Positions 20,691-30,741 of a stretch of DNA of 64,000 bases are shown here, piece after piece. Position numbers and translations under genes: made by a program. Position 1 is the stretch's first letter. Each line of letters begins with the position of its first letter. The stretch lies in the NCBI GenBank assembly GCA_052390235.1, contig JBQTHB010000006.1, forward strand, positions 1 to 64,000, given 5' to 3'. The notes under the pieces were generated by a model. The model saw only the letters and a program-made list of their open reading frames with translations. It was not told where the DNA came from and searched no databases. The stretch is from Deltaproteobacteria bacterium. GTDB taxonomy: Bacteria; Desulfobacterota_D; UBA1144; Nemesobacterales; CSP1-2.

Positions 20691-20729
20691 AGCTCTTTAG
20701 AGCAATTCTCAAAGCCCTTGGATTCTCTA

Positions 20730-22496
20730 CTACTGCGGGTCGGAGAATTCAGCCGGCACAGTAGCGAAAAACTGGCGGTTTGTCTCTTCGCGTTCTGCGG
20801 CAAGCCCCGATATTTTTGAGCGCACTTCGGGGTATTTACGGAGGAATTGGCGAAAATCCTTCTGGCTCAGCACGGCAAATTTCGTATAATCGAGCGCGGT
20901 AATGTCCGCCGAGCGGGGCTTTCCGGTAAGTAGCGCCATCTCCCCGAAAACGTTGCCAGAGCCGAGTTTAATCTGCCGCTTGGCTACAGACACCTCGACC
21001 TCGCCATCAAGGACAAAATAAACCCCATCCTCAGCCGAATCCCCAACGCGTATGATTCGCTCCCCCGGCTGCGCGGAGCGTTGTTTGAAGTGCAGGATGA
21101 GAACCTCGCGCTGTTCAGCAGTCAGCCCTGAGAACATAGGGAAGCGCTCCCCCAGTTCCTGAGGGGTGAGAGTCCTGTGGGCGGCGGCTTTCTTCTCGGC
21201 AAGCTCGCGCGCGGCGTCCAAATCAGATTTGAGGAGGGCCAGGTTCGCGCTCCTCTGCTCCTCTAGGCTCTTGGCTAGTTTGGGGCGAGAGAGAACGGCA
21301 GAGGTTATCCTGTCCGAGAGGGCAAACATTACAGGGTTCAAAGTGATGGAGAGGAGCGCGCCGGCTAGGATGAGGTTTAGTCCCTCGGCGGGCATAAGCT
21401 CGTAAGCCATGCCGAGTCCCGCGAGGATGAATGAGAACTCCCCTATCTGAGCAAGCGACGCCGATATTGTCATAGCAGTGCTGAAGGGATAGCGCATGAG
21501 CAGAACTATAGCCATTGCGATAAGTGACTTGCCTACTAGAACCAAAAACAGCACAGCCACTATCATAAGCGGCTCGCGCACCAGAATCGAGGGGTCGAAG
21601 AGCATCCCCACGGATACGAAAAACAGCACGGCGAATGCGTCCTGCATCGGCAGAGAGCTTTCAGCCGCCTTATGACTCAACTCAGATTCGCTGAGGACTA
21701 CTCCGGCAAAAAACGCCCCTAGCGCAAACGACACCCCGAAAAGAGCCGAAGACGCATAGGCAATGCTCACAGCGACAGCCAAAACGCAGAGCGTAAAAAG
21801 CTCGCGAGACCCCGTGCGCGCCACTTGGCGCAGCAGCCAAGGCATCACTCGAGGACCCAGAAGCAGAGCCACCGCAATAAACGCCGACACCTTTGCGAGC
21901 GTTATCCCAAGCGTGAGAAGGAGCCCGTAATCGCCCCCCGCCGAGTGCGCGTCTGCTACGACTTTGCCTCCAAGAGACCCCGCAAAAGCGGGCAGCAAAA
22001 CGAGGGTCAAGACCATAGCCAAATCCTCGACTATGAGCCAGCCGACCGCTATTCTACCGTTGGTGGTTGTAACGGCGTTGCGCTCCTCAAGGGCCTTGAG
22101 GAGAACCACAGTGCTTGCAACCGAGAGACAAAGCCCCAGAACGATTCCGCCGCCCAGGCTCCAGCCCCAAGCCATCGCCATTAGCGCCCCGATGACAGTC
22201 GCGGCGGCAATCTGAGCCACTGCGCCGACAACCGCGAGTTTTCTTACCGCAAACAAATCGGCAATCGAGAAATGAAGCCCCACGCCGAACATCAGAAGCA
22301 TCACGCCGATTTCCGCAAGCTGCCCGGCGAGGGCGCGGTCGGGAACAAACCCCGAAGCCAAAGACCCCATAGCCACCCCAGCCACGAGATACCCAACGAG
22401 GGGGGAAGAGCCTATGCGGTTGGCAATAAATCCGAGAACAAACGCCAGGGCGAAACTTACGGCGATGAGCGTAATGAGACCAACATCGTGGGGCAT
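20730..22496 (-). CDS. CPA2 (YbaL/Kef-like) cation:proton antiporter fused to a cyclic-nucleotide-binding domain
   Basis: LAEIGVMLLMFGVGLHFS, ASTVV, GWLIVED, QIGEFSF; C-terminal FGEMALLTGKPRSA; AGGAG RBS before ATG 22496. Confidence 0.9.
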   Translation of the reverse strand: MPHDVGLITLIAVSFALAFVLGFIANRIGSSPLVGYLVAGVAMGSLASGFVPDRALAGQLAEIGVMLLMFGVGLHFSIADLFAVRKLAVVGAVAQIAAATVIGALMAMAWGWSLGGGIVLGLCLSVASTVVLLKALEERNAVTTTNGRIAVGWLIVEDLAMVLTLVLLPAFAGSLGGKVVADAHSAGGDYGLLLTLGITLAKVSAFIAVALLLGPRVMPWLLRQVARTGSRELFTLCVLAVAVSIAYASSALFGVSFALGAFFAGVVLSESELSHKAAESSLPMQDAFAVLFFVSVGMLFDPSILVREPLMIVAVLFLVLVGKSLIAMAIVLLMRYPFSTAMTISASLAQIGEFSFILAGLGMAYELMPAEGLNLILAGALLSITLNPVMFALSDRITSAVLSRPKLAKSLEEQRSANLALLKSDLDAARELAEKKAAAHRTLTPQELGERFPMFSGLTAEQREVLILHFKQRSAQPGERIIRVGDSAEDGVYFVLDGEVEVSVAKRQIKLGSGNVFGEMALLTGKPRSADITALDYTKFAVLSQKDFRQFLRKYPEVRSKISGLAAEREETNRQFFATVPAEFSDPQ

Positions 22497-22866
22497 TTTA
22501 GTGTCTCCTTTTTCAGGCTTTGCGGGGCGCTCGCGCTTAGCGGATGAGAATATGGAGTCCGAGGGCATCGCGCGGGATGCGTGTATTCTACTTTACAAAC
22601 CATGCGGCTTGCAATTGTGAAGTAGCATTATTAAAGGGAACTGAAGATAAATAAGCCGAGTTCAATCCCCCCACCCGGCTCCGAGCATCATGTCAGTAAA
22701 CCATCCAACTATCCCTAGATTGCGCCGCCGCCCCCTCGTTGACCTATGTGGGCAGGGCTGGTTATACTCAAAGATGCCGCGGGATAGGGTGCAGATACGC
22801 CCCGAAGCCGCTATTCTAATTTATGGAGCGCCCCCAGCTTCGATACAAATTAACCGATGAGGAACG

Positions 22867-24636
22867 ATGAAGAGAAAAAACTTTCAAGACCTGCAGGATT
22901 TCATAGCGCATCTGGACGCCATAGGAGACCTCAAGCGCGTCAAAGCCGAGGTTGACCCGGATTTGGAGATCACAGAAATCGCATCGAGGGTGATTAAAGA
23001 AGGGGGCCCCGCGCTCCTATTTGAGAATGTCAAAGGGGCGGCGCACCCGCTTGCAATCAACCTATTTGGAAGCGAACAGAGGGTCGCCCTCGCCCTAGGC
23101 AGAGAGCCACGAGAGGTCGGCGAGGAGCTAGTCTATCTGTTTGAGAAGATAAACCCGCCCTCGATTAAAAATTTCTTCTCGATTCTACCCAAGGCTTACG
23201 CGCTTCTGTCAATGAGAACGAAAAATGTCTCAAGCGCGGCGGCGCAGGAAATCCAAGAAACCCCAGACCTGGGCAGACTCCCCGTGATAAAGTGTTGGCC
23301 CAAGGACGGGGGCAGATTCATCACCCTCGGACTCGTGCTGACGAACGACCCCGTTACGAAGAGGCGAAACCTCGGCATCTACCGGATGCAGATTTATGAT
23401 AAACAAACCACTGGGATGCACTGGCATCCGCACAAAGGAGGGGCGGCTCACTACCACGAGGCGGCAAAGTTAGGGAGGGATTTGGACGTTGCCGTCGTCT
23501 TAGGAGGAGACCCGAAGATGATATTCACGGCAATCGCGCCGCTCCCCGATGGGATGGATGAAATCGCCTTTGCGAGTTATCTGCGCGGAAATCCAATACC
23601 GATGGCGGAGGGGAAAACCATATCGCTGAGGGTGCCGGCAAACGCGGAATTCATCATCGAGGGCGTAGTGCCGCAGGGAACTTTGCGTGAAGAGGGCCCA
23701 TTCGGAGACCACTTCGGATACTACTCGATGGAGGCAGATTTTCCCGTATTCAACGTAAAGCAGATAACCCACAGGCGGAACGCGATATTTCCATGTACGA
23801 TGGTGGGAAAACCCCCGAAAGAGGACATTTTCCTCGGTATGGCGGCTGGGGAGATGTTCTCGCCCCTCATAAAAATCATTCAGCCCGAGGTAAAGCGGAT
23901 GTGGGCGTACCCGGAGGCTGGGTTTCATAACCTGCTCGTCGTCGGGGTGGACGAGAGATACCCGAAGGGGGGCGTAAAGGCTATGCTCGCCCTGTGGGGA
24001 ACTGGACAGCTCCTCCTCACTAAGTGCATGATAATGGTCTCAAGCGACGTGAACCCCAGGGACTGGTCTGCGGTTCTTAGGGAAATCGGCGAGAACTTCG
24101 ACCCAAGGGAGGATTTCATTATGATACCCTGGGCGCCGCTCGACACGCTTGATTTCACAAGCGGCAAGCTCAACGTCGGAAGTAAAATGGGCATCAACGC
24201 CGTGAGAAGACAGGGCCGGGCGAAGAGAACTTTCCCGGAGCGAGTCCAAGACCCAAGGTCGAGACTCCCTGAAATTTTAGATTTCCGCCTGCTTCCGGGG
24301 GGGTTCCTAGCAATAAAAGTGGATAAGAATCCCAAAGAAGCCATACGCCGCCTGTTCGAGACCCCGGGATACGAGAGCATAAGAATCGTCGCCGCCCTGA
24401 GCCGGGACATTGACCTGAGCGACGACACGGAACTCATCTGGGGCATTTTCACCCGTTTCGACCCGTATCTGGATGTGATATTTGAGAGAGCGGAGCTTCG
24501 AGGCTCCGCCGTGCTGTACGACGGGCGGATGGGAATTGATGCTACATTTAAAGAATGGTATCCTGAAGTGCTGGAGATGTCAGACGATATAATAGAGAGG
24601 GTGGATGCGCGATGGAAGGATTATTGGAGCGAGTAG
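22867..24636 (+). CDS. ubiD: UbiD-family decarboxylase of menaquinone synthesis (MqnL-type)
   Basis: GPALLFENV, NLGIYRMQ, EGPFGDHFGYYS; overlaps the mqnE start. Confidence 0.93.
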   Translation: MKRKNFQDLQDFIAHLDAIGDLKRVKAEVDPDLEITEIASRVIKEGGPALLFENVKGAAHPLAINLFGSEQRVALALGREPREVGEELVYLFEKINPPSIKNFFSILPKAYALLSMRTKNVSSAAAQEIQETPDLGRLPVIKCWPKDGGRFITLGLVLTNDPVTKRRNLGIYRMQIYDKQTTGMHWHPHKGGAAHYHEAAKLGRDLDVAVVLGGDPKMIFTAIAPLPDGMDEIAFASYLRGNPIPMAEGKTISLRVPANAEFIIEGVVPQGTLREEGPFGDHFGYYSMEADFPVFNVKQITHRRNAIFPCTMVGKPPKEDIFLGMAAGEMFSPLIKIIQPEVKRMWAYPEAGFHNLLVVGVDERYPKGGVKAMLALWGTGQLLLTKCMIMVSSDVNPRDWSAVLREIGENFDPREDFIMIPWAPLDTLDFTSGKLNVGSKMGINAVRRQGRAKRTFPERVQDPRSRLPEILDFRLLPGGFLAIKVDKNPKEAIRRLFETPGYESIRIVAALSRDIDLSDDTELIWGIFTRFDPYLDVIFERAELRGSAVLYDGRMGIDATFKEWYPEVLEMSDDIIERVDARWKDYWSE

Positions 24637-25721
24637 AGAGGTTTTGCAGGGACAGGGCACTTCTGCCGATACTGGCGAAAGTGGAGCGGGGACAGAGGCT
24701 CAGCTTTGAGGACGGTATTGCGGTGCTAAACACGCGCGATATTAACTCGGTGGGCATGATGGCAGATTACGTCAAACGGAAACGCGAGGGGGAGCGGGTC
24801 TATTTCGTAGTGAACCGACACGTAAACCCGTCGAACATCTGCGCCATATCCTGCAAATTCTGCGCCTTCGGGGTAACGAAAAAAGCGGCGGACGCCTACG
24901 AACTTAGCCACGAGCAGATACTATCCATGCTAAGCGACGACATCCGAGAGGTTCACATCGTCGGAGGGCTACACCCGGACTGGGAATTCGACCACTACCT
25001 CGACATCGTCAAAATAGTCAAAAAGAACTTCCCGAACACTCACGTAAAGGCGTTTACGGCTGTAGAGGTGGACTGGTTCACCGAAATCAGCGGCAGGGGC
25101 TTGGAGGACGTGCTGATGATGCTCAAAGAAGCCGGGGTTGACGCGCTCACCGGAGGCGGGGCTGAAATCCTGCACCCAGATATAAGAAAGAAAATCTGCG
25201 CCCCTAAAACCATAGCCACCCGTTGGGAGGAGATTCACGCGCTCGCCCACAAGCTCGGCATCCCGACAAACGCAACCATCCTCTACGGACACATCGAAGA
25301 GCCGTTTCACGTGGTTGACCATCTGGAGCGTCTGCGGCGGATACAGGACGAATCCCCCGGATTTTTCGCGTTTATTCCGGTGCTATTTCAGCCGGAGAAC
25401 ACGGGACTCAAAAAACAGGTGCAGTTCTTCGCCGGCTCTTATGACTTAAAAGTCCACGCCCTCGCCCGACTGTATCTCGATAACTTCCCCCACATTAAAG
25501 CCTATTGGATAACGCTCGGCGAGAAGTGCGCCCAAGTTGCCCTCCATTTCGGGGCAAGCGACGCCGACGGCACCATCATGCGCGAGAAAATCATCCACGA
25601 CGCCGGAGCCCCGTCGGAACTCGGACACACGAGGGATTTCATGGTGAATATGATAAAGAACGCCGGATATATCCCCGTCGAACGGGACGCGCTCTATAAC
25701 ACGCTCAGAGTCTATAATTAA
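24612..25721 (+). CDS. mqnE: Aminofutalosine synthase (radical SAM)
   Basis: CAISCKFC radical SAM motif, EVHIVGGLHP, GGGAEI, HIKAYW. Confidence 0.92.
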   Translation: MEGLLERVERFCRDRALLPILAKVERGQRLSFEDGIAVLNTRDINSVGMMADYVKRKREGERVYFVVNRHVNPSNICAISCKFCAFGVTKKAADAYELSHEQILSMLSDDIREVHIVGGLHPDWEFDHYLDIVKIVKKNFPNTHVKAFTAVEVDWFTEISGRGLEDVLMMLKEAGVDALTGGGAEILHPDIRKKICAPKTIATRWEEIHALAHKLGIPTNATILYGHIEEPFHVVDHLERLRRIQDESPGFFAFIPVLFQPENTGLKKQVQFFAGSYDLKVHALARLYLDNFPHIKAYWITLGEKCAQVALHFGASDADGTIMREKIIHDAGAPSELGHTRDFMVNMIKNAGYIPVERDALYNTLRVYN

Positions 25722-25894
25722 GCCCGGCTCTGGCAGAGGGGAGCCTATACGATTGAGCGGCGGCTTCATGCGATTATCAGATGTATTCACCGGGCAACCC
25801 CACACAATCTCGTGAGGGCGCGGGATGAAAATTAGCGAGTAAGCACAAACCGGTATGGGGATTTTCACTAGCGTACCCAAGCACCGCCGCCGGA

Positions 25895-25918
25895 CATCCT
25901 GAGCGGAGTCGAGGGGCG
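25895..25918. repeat. REP-like repeat unit
   Basis: CATCCTGAGCGGAGTCGAGGGGCG, 22/24 identical to 12339-12362; between convergent genes. Confidence 0.6.
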
Positions 25919-25952
25919 GGGGGGTTTCAGCCGCGAGCCGCGCCAGTTCTCA

Positions 25953-26324
25953 TCAGGCTAGGTCTATGGCGTATTTTTTGAGGTCTGCGAGCGATATAAC
26001 TCTGAGCGTCGCCTCATGGGTCGAGGCGAGTATCACAGGCGGGGCGAATCCGGCATCGAGCGCCTCTTTCCACCTGCGCGCGCACAGACACCACCTGTCT
26101 CCGGGCTTCAGCCCCGCAAATCCGTATTCCGGCATTGGAGTGGTCAGGTCGTTTCCCCTTGATTTTGAGAATTCGAGAAATTCCTCCGTAACCTCGGCGC
26201 AGACAACGTGAAGCCCCAAATCCTCGCTCCCGGTGCGGCAGCATCCGTCCCTGTAGAACCCCGTCATCGGAGACTCCGAGCAGGGCGTCAAGCCCCCGCC
26301 GAATACATTTTTCTCATCAGCCAT
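25953..26324 (-). CDS. DUF2237 family protein
   Basis: NVFGG.L.PCS..PMTGFYRDGCC...GLKPGDRWCLCA; start ATG 26324 with GGAGG RBS. Confidence 0.9.
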   Translation of the reverse strand: MADEKNVFGGGLTPCSESPMTGFYRDGCCRTGSEDLGLHVVCAEVTEEFLEFSKSRGNDLTTPMPEYGFAGLKPGDRWCLCARRWKEALDAGFAPPVILASTHEATLRVISLADLKKYAIDLA

Positions 26325-26455
26325 GTTCTGAAACCTCCGCCGTCTGAAAGTTAATTTGGATGAGGGAATTATATCGAATAGGGATTTCATCGGCAAATTC
26401 TGCTCAGGTAAGCTACAGAGCGCGTTAAAAATCCGCTGCAAAGGAGGCTCACGAG

Positions 26456-27133
26456 ATGAAGTCATATATAGCCGAGTTCATAGGGACTTTCGCGCTGGTA
26501 TTCGCCGGCACGGGGGCTATAGTCATAAACGACATAACCGGAGGGGTAATTTCCCACGCGGGAATCGCGGCGGTATTCGGGTTAACCGTCATGGCTATGA
26601 TTTACACGCTGGGGGATATTTCGGGAGCGCACATAAACCCCGCCGTTACGCTCGGATTCTGGTTGGCAAGGCGGTTGCCCTCGAATAAAGTGATTCCCTA
26701 CATAACGAGCCAAGCCGCAGGCGCCGTTGCCGCAAGCATCACTCTCTCCCTGCTCTTTCCCACTCACCCGACTCTCGGGGCGACTCATCCGGCGGGGGGC
26801 GCGGCGCAGAGTTTCATACTTGAGGGGATACTAACCTTTCTGCTCATGTTCGTGATAATCAACGTCTCAACGGGGGCGAAGGAAAAGGGGGCTATGGCGG
26901 GAGTGGCAGTCGGCGCAGTTGTGGCGCTGGAGGCTCTTTTCGCGGGCCCAATAACGGGGGCTTCGATGAACCCGGCGAGGTCTGCGGCTCCGGCTTTAGT
27001 CTCCGGCAATCTCGAATATCTGTGGGTTTATTTAATAGCTCCGGTCATCGGGGCGGCGGCAGGGGTTTTGGGGTGCAGATTCGTGCAAGAGAAGGGGTGC
27101 TGCGCCGGCAGAGTCGGCGAGCAGTGCGGATAA
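26456..27133 (+). CDS. MIP family channel (aquaporin / aquaglyceroporin-like)
   Basis: SGAHINPAVT and SMNPARS NPA boxes; Cys-rich C-terminal tail. Confidence 0.95.
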   Translation: MKSYIAEFIGTFALVFAGTGAIVINDITGGVISHAGIAAVFGLTVMAMIYTLGDISGAHINPAVTLGFWLARRLPSNKVIPYITSQAAGAVAASITLSLLFPTHPTLGATHPAGGAAQSFILEGILTFLLMFVIINVSTGAKEKGAMAGVAVGAVVALEALFAGPITGASMNPARSAAPALVSGNLEYLWVYLIAPVIGAAAGVLGCRFVQEKGCCAGRVGEQCG

Positions 27134-27191
27134 CACACAGGGTGGATGAATAATTTTTAGGATTCACGATAAAATTGCCCATCAAACTGCC

Positions 27192-27995
27192 TCAGGACGG
27201 CGCGCCGGAGGGAGGGGGCAGACACTCGCGGGGCATCTGTCTTTTAGGCTTCCCCGAGGCATCGGATTTCCTCGGTTTGACCCGTCCGTCCGCCGTAAAC
27301 CACGATGATAAATCAGCCCCGCACCCGTCCCCAGCCTCTACGCCATCTTGGGATTCGCATTGGGGACTGCCTTCGGGACACCTGAGCCGGACGTGGAAAT
27401 GCCCGTCATGCCCCCACCAAGGGCGGATTTTGCCAAGCCACGCCTCGCCGGCGTAATCCCCGCAGAGCCTCTTTTTTATGAGCGGATTTACGAAGATTCT
27501 ATCCACCTGCCCGCCCGCCGCCGCAAGTCTCAATATCTCCCCGTGCGCCGCCTGCCAGCCCACGAGTTCCCCGCGGTTTGCCGAGAGGAGTGAGCGCGGC
27601 TTCATCGCCTCGCGCTCCGGCGCAGATGGGGCTGCTCCGCCCACAAGGGTGTGAAATAAAATATCGGCATCGAGTCCGGTTTGGTGGCTACTGTGGTCGT
27701 CTGGAAGCGGGCCTCCGCGCTTCTGGGATAAATCCCCGATGAGGATATCGCGTTTGAGTTCAACGAGTACCCTTTCGCCGAGCCGCGATACATACTCAAT
27801 AAGCGAGGGGTGGCCGTAGAATCTCTCCCTTTTGGGGCGGATGACGTGAAACCCTAGCCCGTCCGCGGAGAGCGCGGAGGAATTTCTCACGCACCCTGCC
27901 GTGTAGTAGCCTATGGATTCGGAATCCATCGCCGAGGCATCACCGGGAAAATTCCACACCACAAGCAGTATTATTGAGAGTATGAGAAGTCTCAT
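27192..27995 (-). CDS. mepA: Penicillin-insensitive murein endopeptidase
   Basis: IGYYTAGC, YGHP, HSSHQTGLDADI, RPWWGHDGHFHVRL; signal peptide from ATG 27995. Confidence 0.93.
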   Translation of the reverse strand: MRLLILSIILLVVWNFPGDASAMDSESIGYYTAGCVRNSSALSADGLGFHVIRPKRERFYGHPSLIEYVSRLGERVLVELKRDILIGDLSQKRGGPLPDDHSSHQTGLDADILFHTLVGGAAPSAPEREAMKPRSLLSANRGELVGWQAAHGEILRLAAAGGQVDRIFVNPLIKKRLCGDYAGEAWLGKIRPWWGHDGHFHVRLRCPEGSPQCESQDGVEAGDGCGADLSSWFTADGRVKPRKSDASGKPKRQMPRECLPPPSGAPS

Positions 27996-28173
27996 CGAAT
28001 TGCGCCGATTTAATTTTCCCACTCCGCGGGGTACGACTCTCATGCGGCGGTAGAAGCGTGGGGGGGATAATTTGAATACTCGCCCCGTCATACATATAAT
28101 TTATCACCGTCGGCAACGGATTTCACTTCTAAGCATCAAATTAATAAATTCCCAAATTCGGAGGTCTCAGTAA

Positions 28174-28701
28174 ATGGAAAAAGCAACTTTTGCGGGCGGC
28201 TGTTTTTGGTGTATGCAACCCCCATTTGACGGGATAGAGGGCGTGCTGTCCACAGCCGTGGGCTACATTGGCGGCCCAAAGCCCAGCCCCACTTATGAAG
28301 AGGTCTGCTCCGGGCGCACTGGACACGCCGAGGCAATTGAGGTCGTATTCGACCCGGAAAAGGTCAGCTACGAGACACTGCTAGATGTGTTTTGGAAAAA
28401 CATTGACCCAACGACCCTCAACGCCCAGTTCTTTGACGCAGGCACTCAGTACAGAACCGCGATTTTCTATCACAGCGAAGAGCAGAAACGGCTCGCTGAG
28501 GCGTCAAAAGAGGCGCTGGATAAATCCGGTAAATTTAAGAACCCGATAGTTACCGAAATCTCTGCGGCGGGGGAGTTCTATAAGGCCGAGGAATACCATC
28601 AGCGCTACTACCAGAAAAGCCCGGTGAGGTATAAATCCTACAGCTACGGCTCAGGCAGGGCGTCATATCTCGAGCGGACTTGGGGGAAAGAGGGGAAATA
28701 G
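28174..28701 (+). CDS. msrA: Peptide-methionine (S)-S-oxide reductase
   Basis: FAGGCFWC, TGHAE, QYRTAIF, AEEYHQ. Confidence 0.97.
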   Translation: MEKATFAGGCFWCMQPPFDGIEGVLSTAVGYIGGPKPSPTYEEVCSGRTGHAEAIEVVFDPEKVSYETLLDVFWKNIDPTTLNAQFFDAGTQYRTAIFYHSEEQKRLAEASKEALDKSGKFKNPIVTEISAAGEFYKAEEYHQRYYQKSPVRYKSYSYGSGRASYLERTWGKEGK

Positions 28702-28783
28702 GGCGCGCCCGCCGGGGAATTTGTATAAATCGCCCTTTAGTGTACTGTCTTTCCTTAAATTTTCACCGAGGTGAGTAGAGAAC

Positions 28784-29221
28784 ATGGAGAATAAATCATA
28801 TTGGGTTTTGGGACACCACGTTTTTATCACGCACGAAAGCGCCGAATATACGCTCTGCGACATTTTCGTGCCGGGGCCAATACCGCCGCCGCCGCCCCAT
28901 CTGCACAAGGGCTGCTCCGTGATGTTTTATCTCCTCGACGGACACCTAGAGGTTAAAATCGGAGACGAGGCAAGGGTGCTGAAACTCGGCGAGACCCTAT
29001 GCGTCCCCGCGGGCGCGCTCCACAGCTTCAGCAATCCAATGATAAAACCCGCGAGATTCATCCAGGTATTCAGCCCCGGAGGGTTTGAGAAATTCTTCCG
29101 CGCTTTCGGGATCGCAGGGAACACAGAGGAGTCCTACGAAGCCTCGAAGGGCGATGAGATGGTCAAAAGAATCATCGCCGAAGCGGGCAAGTACGGGATG
29201 GAAATGCCAGAGAATTCATGA
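28784..29221 (+). CDS. Cupin domain protein
   Basis: PPPHLH...FYLLDG and VPAGALHSFSN cupin motifs. Confidence 0.85.
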   Translation: MENKSYWVLGHHVFITHESAEYTLCDIFVPGPIPPPPPHLHKGCSVMFYLLDGHLEVKIGDEARVLKLGETLCVPAGALHSFSNPMIKPARFIQVFSPGGFEKFFRAFGIAGNTEESYEASKGDEMVKRIIAEAGKYGMEMPENS

Positions 29222-29511
29222 AAAGCCGCGTAAGGATAAAATACTGCGCTCAGTGCAGATGGATGATAAGGGCGGCATGGACGGCGCAGGAGCTACTTAT
29301 GACGTTCGAGTCGGAATTGGAGGAGGTAGCCCTCGCCCCCGGCGCGGGAGGGGTGTTCGACGTCTCGGTTGACGGGGATGTGATTTGGTCTCGCAGCGAG
29401 CGGGGCAGGTTTCCCGACATAAAGGAACTGAAGCAAATCCTAAGAGATGCCATCGCGCCCGGCAGGGAACTTGGACATTCCGAACGAGAATTCAGCCCTC
29501 AGGATGATTGA
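29218..29511 (+). CDS. SelT/SelW/SelH (Rdx) family protein, Cys form
   Basis: IKYCAQCRW..RAAW.AQELL.TF, GGVFDV, GRFP. Confidence 0.92.
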   Translation: MKSRVRIKYCAQCRWMIRAAWTAQELLMTFESELEEVALAPGAGGVFDVSVDGDVIWSRSERGRFPDIKELKQILRDAIAPGRELGHSEREFSPQDD

Positions 29512-30190
29512 GACACTCCCTCGGCGCATATTGAAGTTCACGCTAAAGCTCGGCGCGTGGTCTGTCCTGCTGAGCGTGCTTTGGGTCGCCAGCTATCGCT
29601 TCCTCCCCCCTCCGGTAACGCCGCTTATGATTATCAGGTATTTCGAGAACGGCTACGGAATCCAGAAAAAATGGAAGAGTTACGACTACATCTCAGAGAA
29701 TCTCGCCCTTGCGGTCATCGCCTCGGAAGACCAGAAATTTTTTGACCACAGCGGCTTTGACATCGAGGCAATAGAAAAAGCGCTCAGCCGAAACAAGCGC
29801 GCAAGACGGATAAAAGGGGCAAGCACGATAAGTCAGCAGGTGGCAAAAAACGTCTTCCTGTGGCCCGAGAGGAGTTGGGTGCGCAAGGGATTTGAGACGT
29901 ATTTCACATTTTTAATCGAGACCCTCTGGAGCAAGCGGCGGATACTTGAGGTGTATATGAACGTCGCCGAGATGGGAAGAGGCGTCTATGGGGCAGAGCG
30001 GGCGGCGCAAAATTATTTCGGGAAACCCGCCGCGCGGCTCACAAGGGCACAGGCCGCTCTAATTGCGGCGACGCTGCCGAATCCGAAGCGGATGTCTGCG
30101 GCGAGACCCTCGGGCTATGTGCTGAGCCGCCAGCAGTGGATACTCCGGCAGATGAGCCAGCTTGGAAGCATAGAATTTTTAATGAGATAA
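29504..30190 (+). CDS. mtgA: Monofunctional peptidoglycan transglycosylase
   Basis: ASEDQKFFDHSGFD, GASTISQQVAKN, RILEVYMN. Confidence 0.95.
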   Translation: MIETLPRRILKFTLKLGAWSVLLSVLWVASYRFLPPPVTPLMIIRYFENGYGIQKKWKSYDYISENLALAVIASEDQKFFDHSGFDIEAIEKALSRNKRARRIKGASTISQQVAKNVFLWPERSWVRKGFETYFTFLIETLWSKRRILEVYMNVAEMGRGVYGAERAAQNYFGKPAARLTRAQAALIAATLPNPKRMSAARPSGYVLSRQQWILRQMSQLGSIEFLMR

Positions 30191-30273
30191 TCTCGGCGCT
30201 CGAAGCCGCCGCGAGCGAGAAGGAGGCATAATTCAGCCCCCCCTCCTGCCCGCGCGCTCGATTCTATACCAAT

Positions 30274-30621
30274 TTATAGAAGGTTGTAAATCAGCACAAA
30301 TATATAGCGCAGATTGGCAATTGATTTTTGCAAATCCAATTTCGCATCGAGCATCCCCACGCTCGGTTTGAAGAAGTCATTATATTCATTGGTTACGCGG
30401 ACAAACTCATTGAAAGTGATGGTCGGGGGATTGTACACCGTAAGCGGGCGCACGTTTTTCCTAGCGGTTTCAATCCTGATGCCGTCGCCGTCAACCACGG
30501 CGAGGAACCAGCGCTCGGAGTCGGGAAGGGGCAGTTCTATACCGCCGCCGACCTTGTCCTTGAGTTCTTTCCATTCTTTTTCTCTGTTTTCGCTGAAATC
30601 GAGAATTCTATCAGAGAGCAT
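30274..30621 (-). CDS. Hypothetical protein
   Basis: 115-aa ORF with a strong AAGGAGG RBS; no family recognised. Confidence 0.7.
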   Translation of the reverse strand: MLSDRILDFSENREKEWKELKDKVGGGIELPLPDSERWFLAVVDGDGIRIETARKNVRPLTVYNPPTITFNEFVRVTNEYNDFFKPSVGMLDAKLDLQKSIANLRYIFVLIYNLL

Positions 30622-30741
30622 TGTTTAGCCTCCTTCTTGGCAATAAATTTGAATCTGGAAATATACCATAGATATAGAGGGAATTATATCAACCCATCTA
30701 GAACGCCCGTTAGAGAGGGTTTTGCCATCCCCAATACCGCG

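Noticed and set aside
22654..22682. GAGTTCAATCCCC..CCGGCTCC as a tRNA 3' fragment or att site bounding the arsM cassette
   Set aside because: No proper T-stem, no match to the tRNAs in the window, no partner repeat and no integrase
25722..25890. Possible gene remnant or ncRNA downstream of mqnE
   Set aside because: No recognisable protein motif or RNA family in any frame or strand
29218..29511. SelW-like protein as a selenoprotein
   Set aside because: The motif is CxxC (CAQC) with no in-frame TGA
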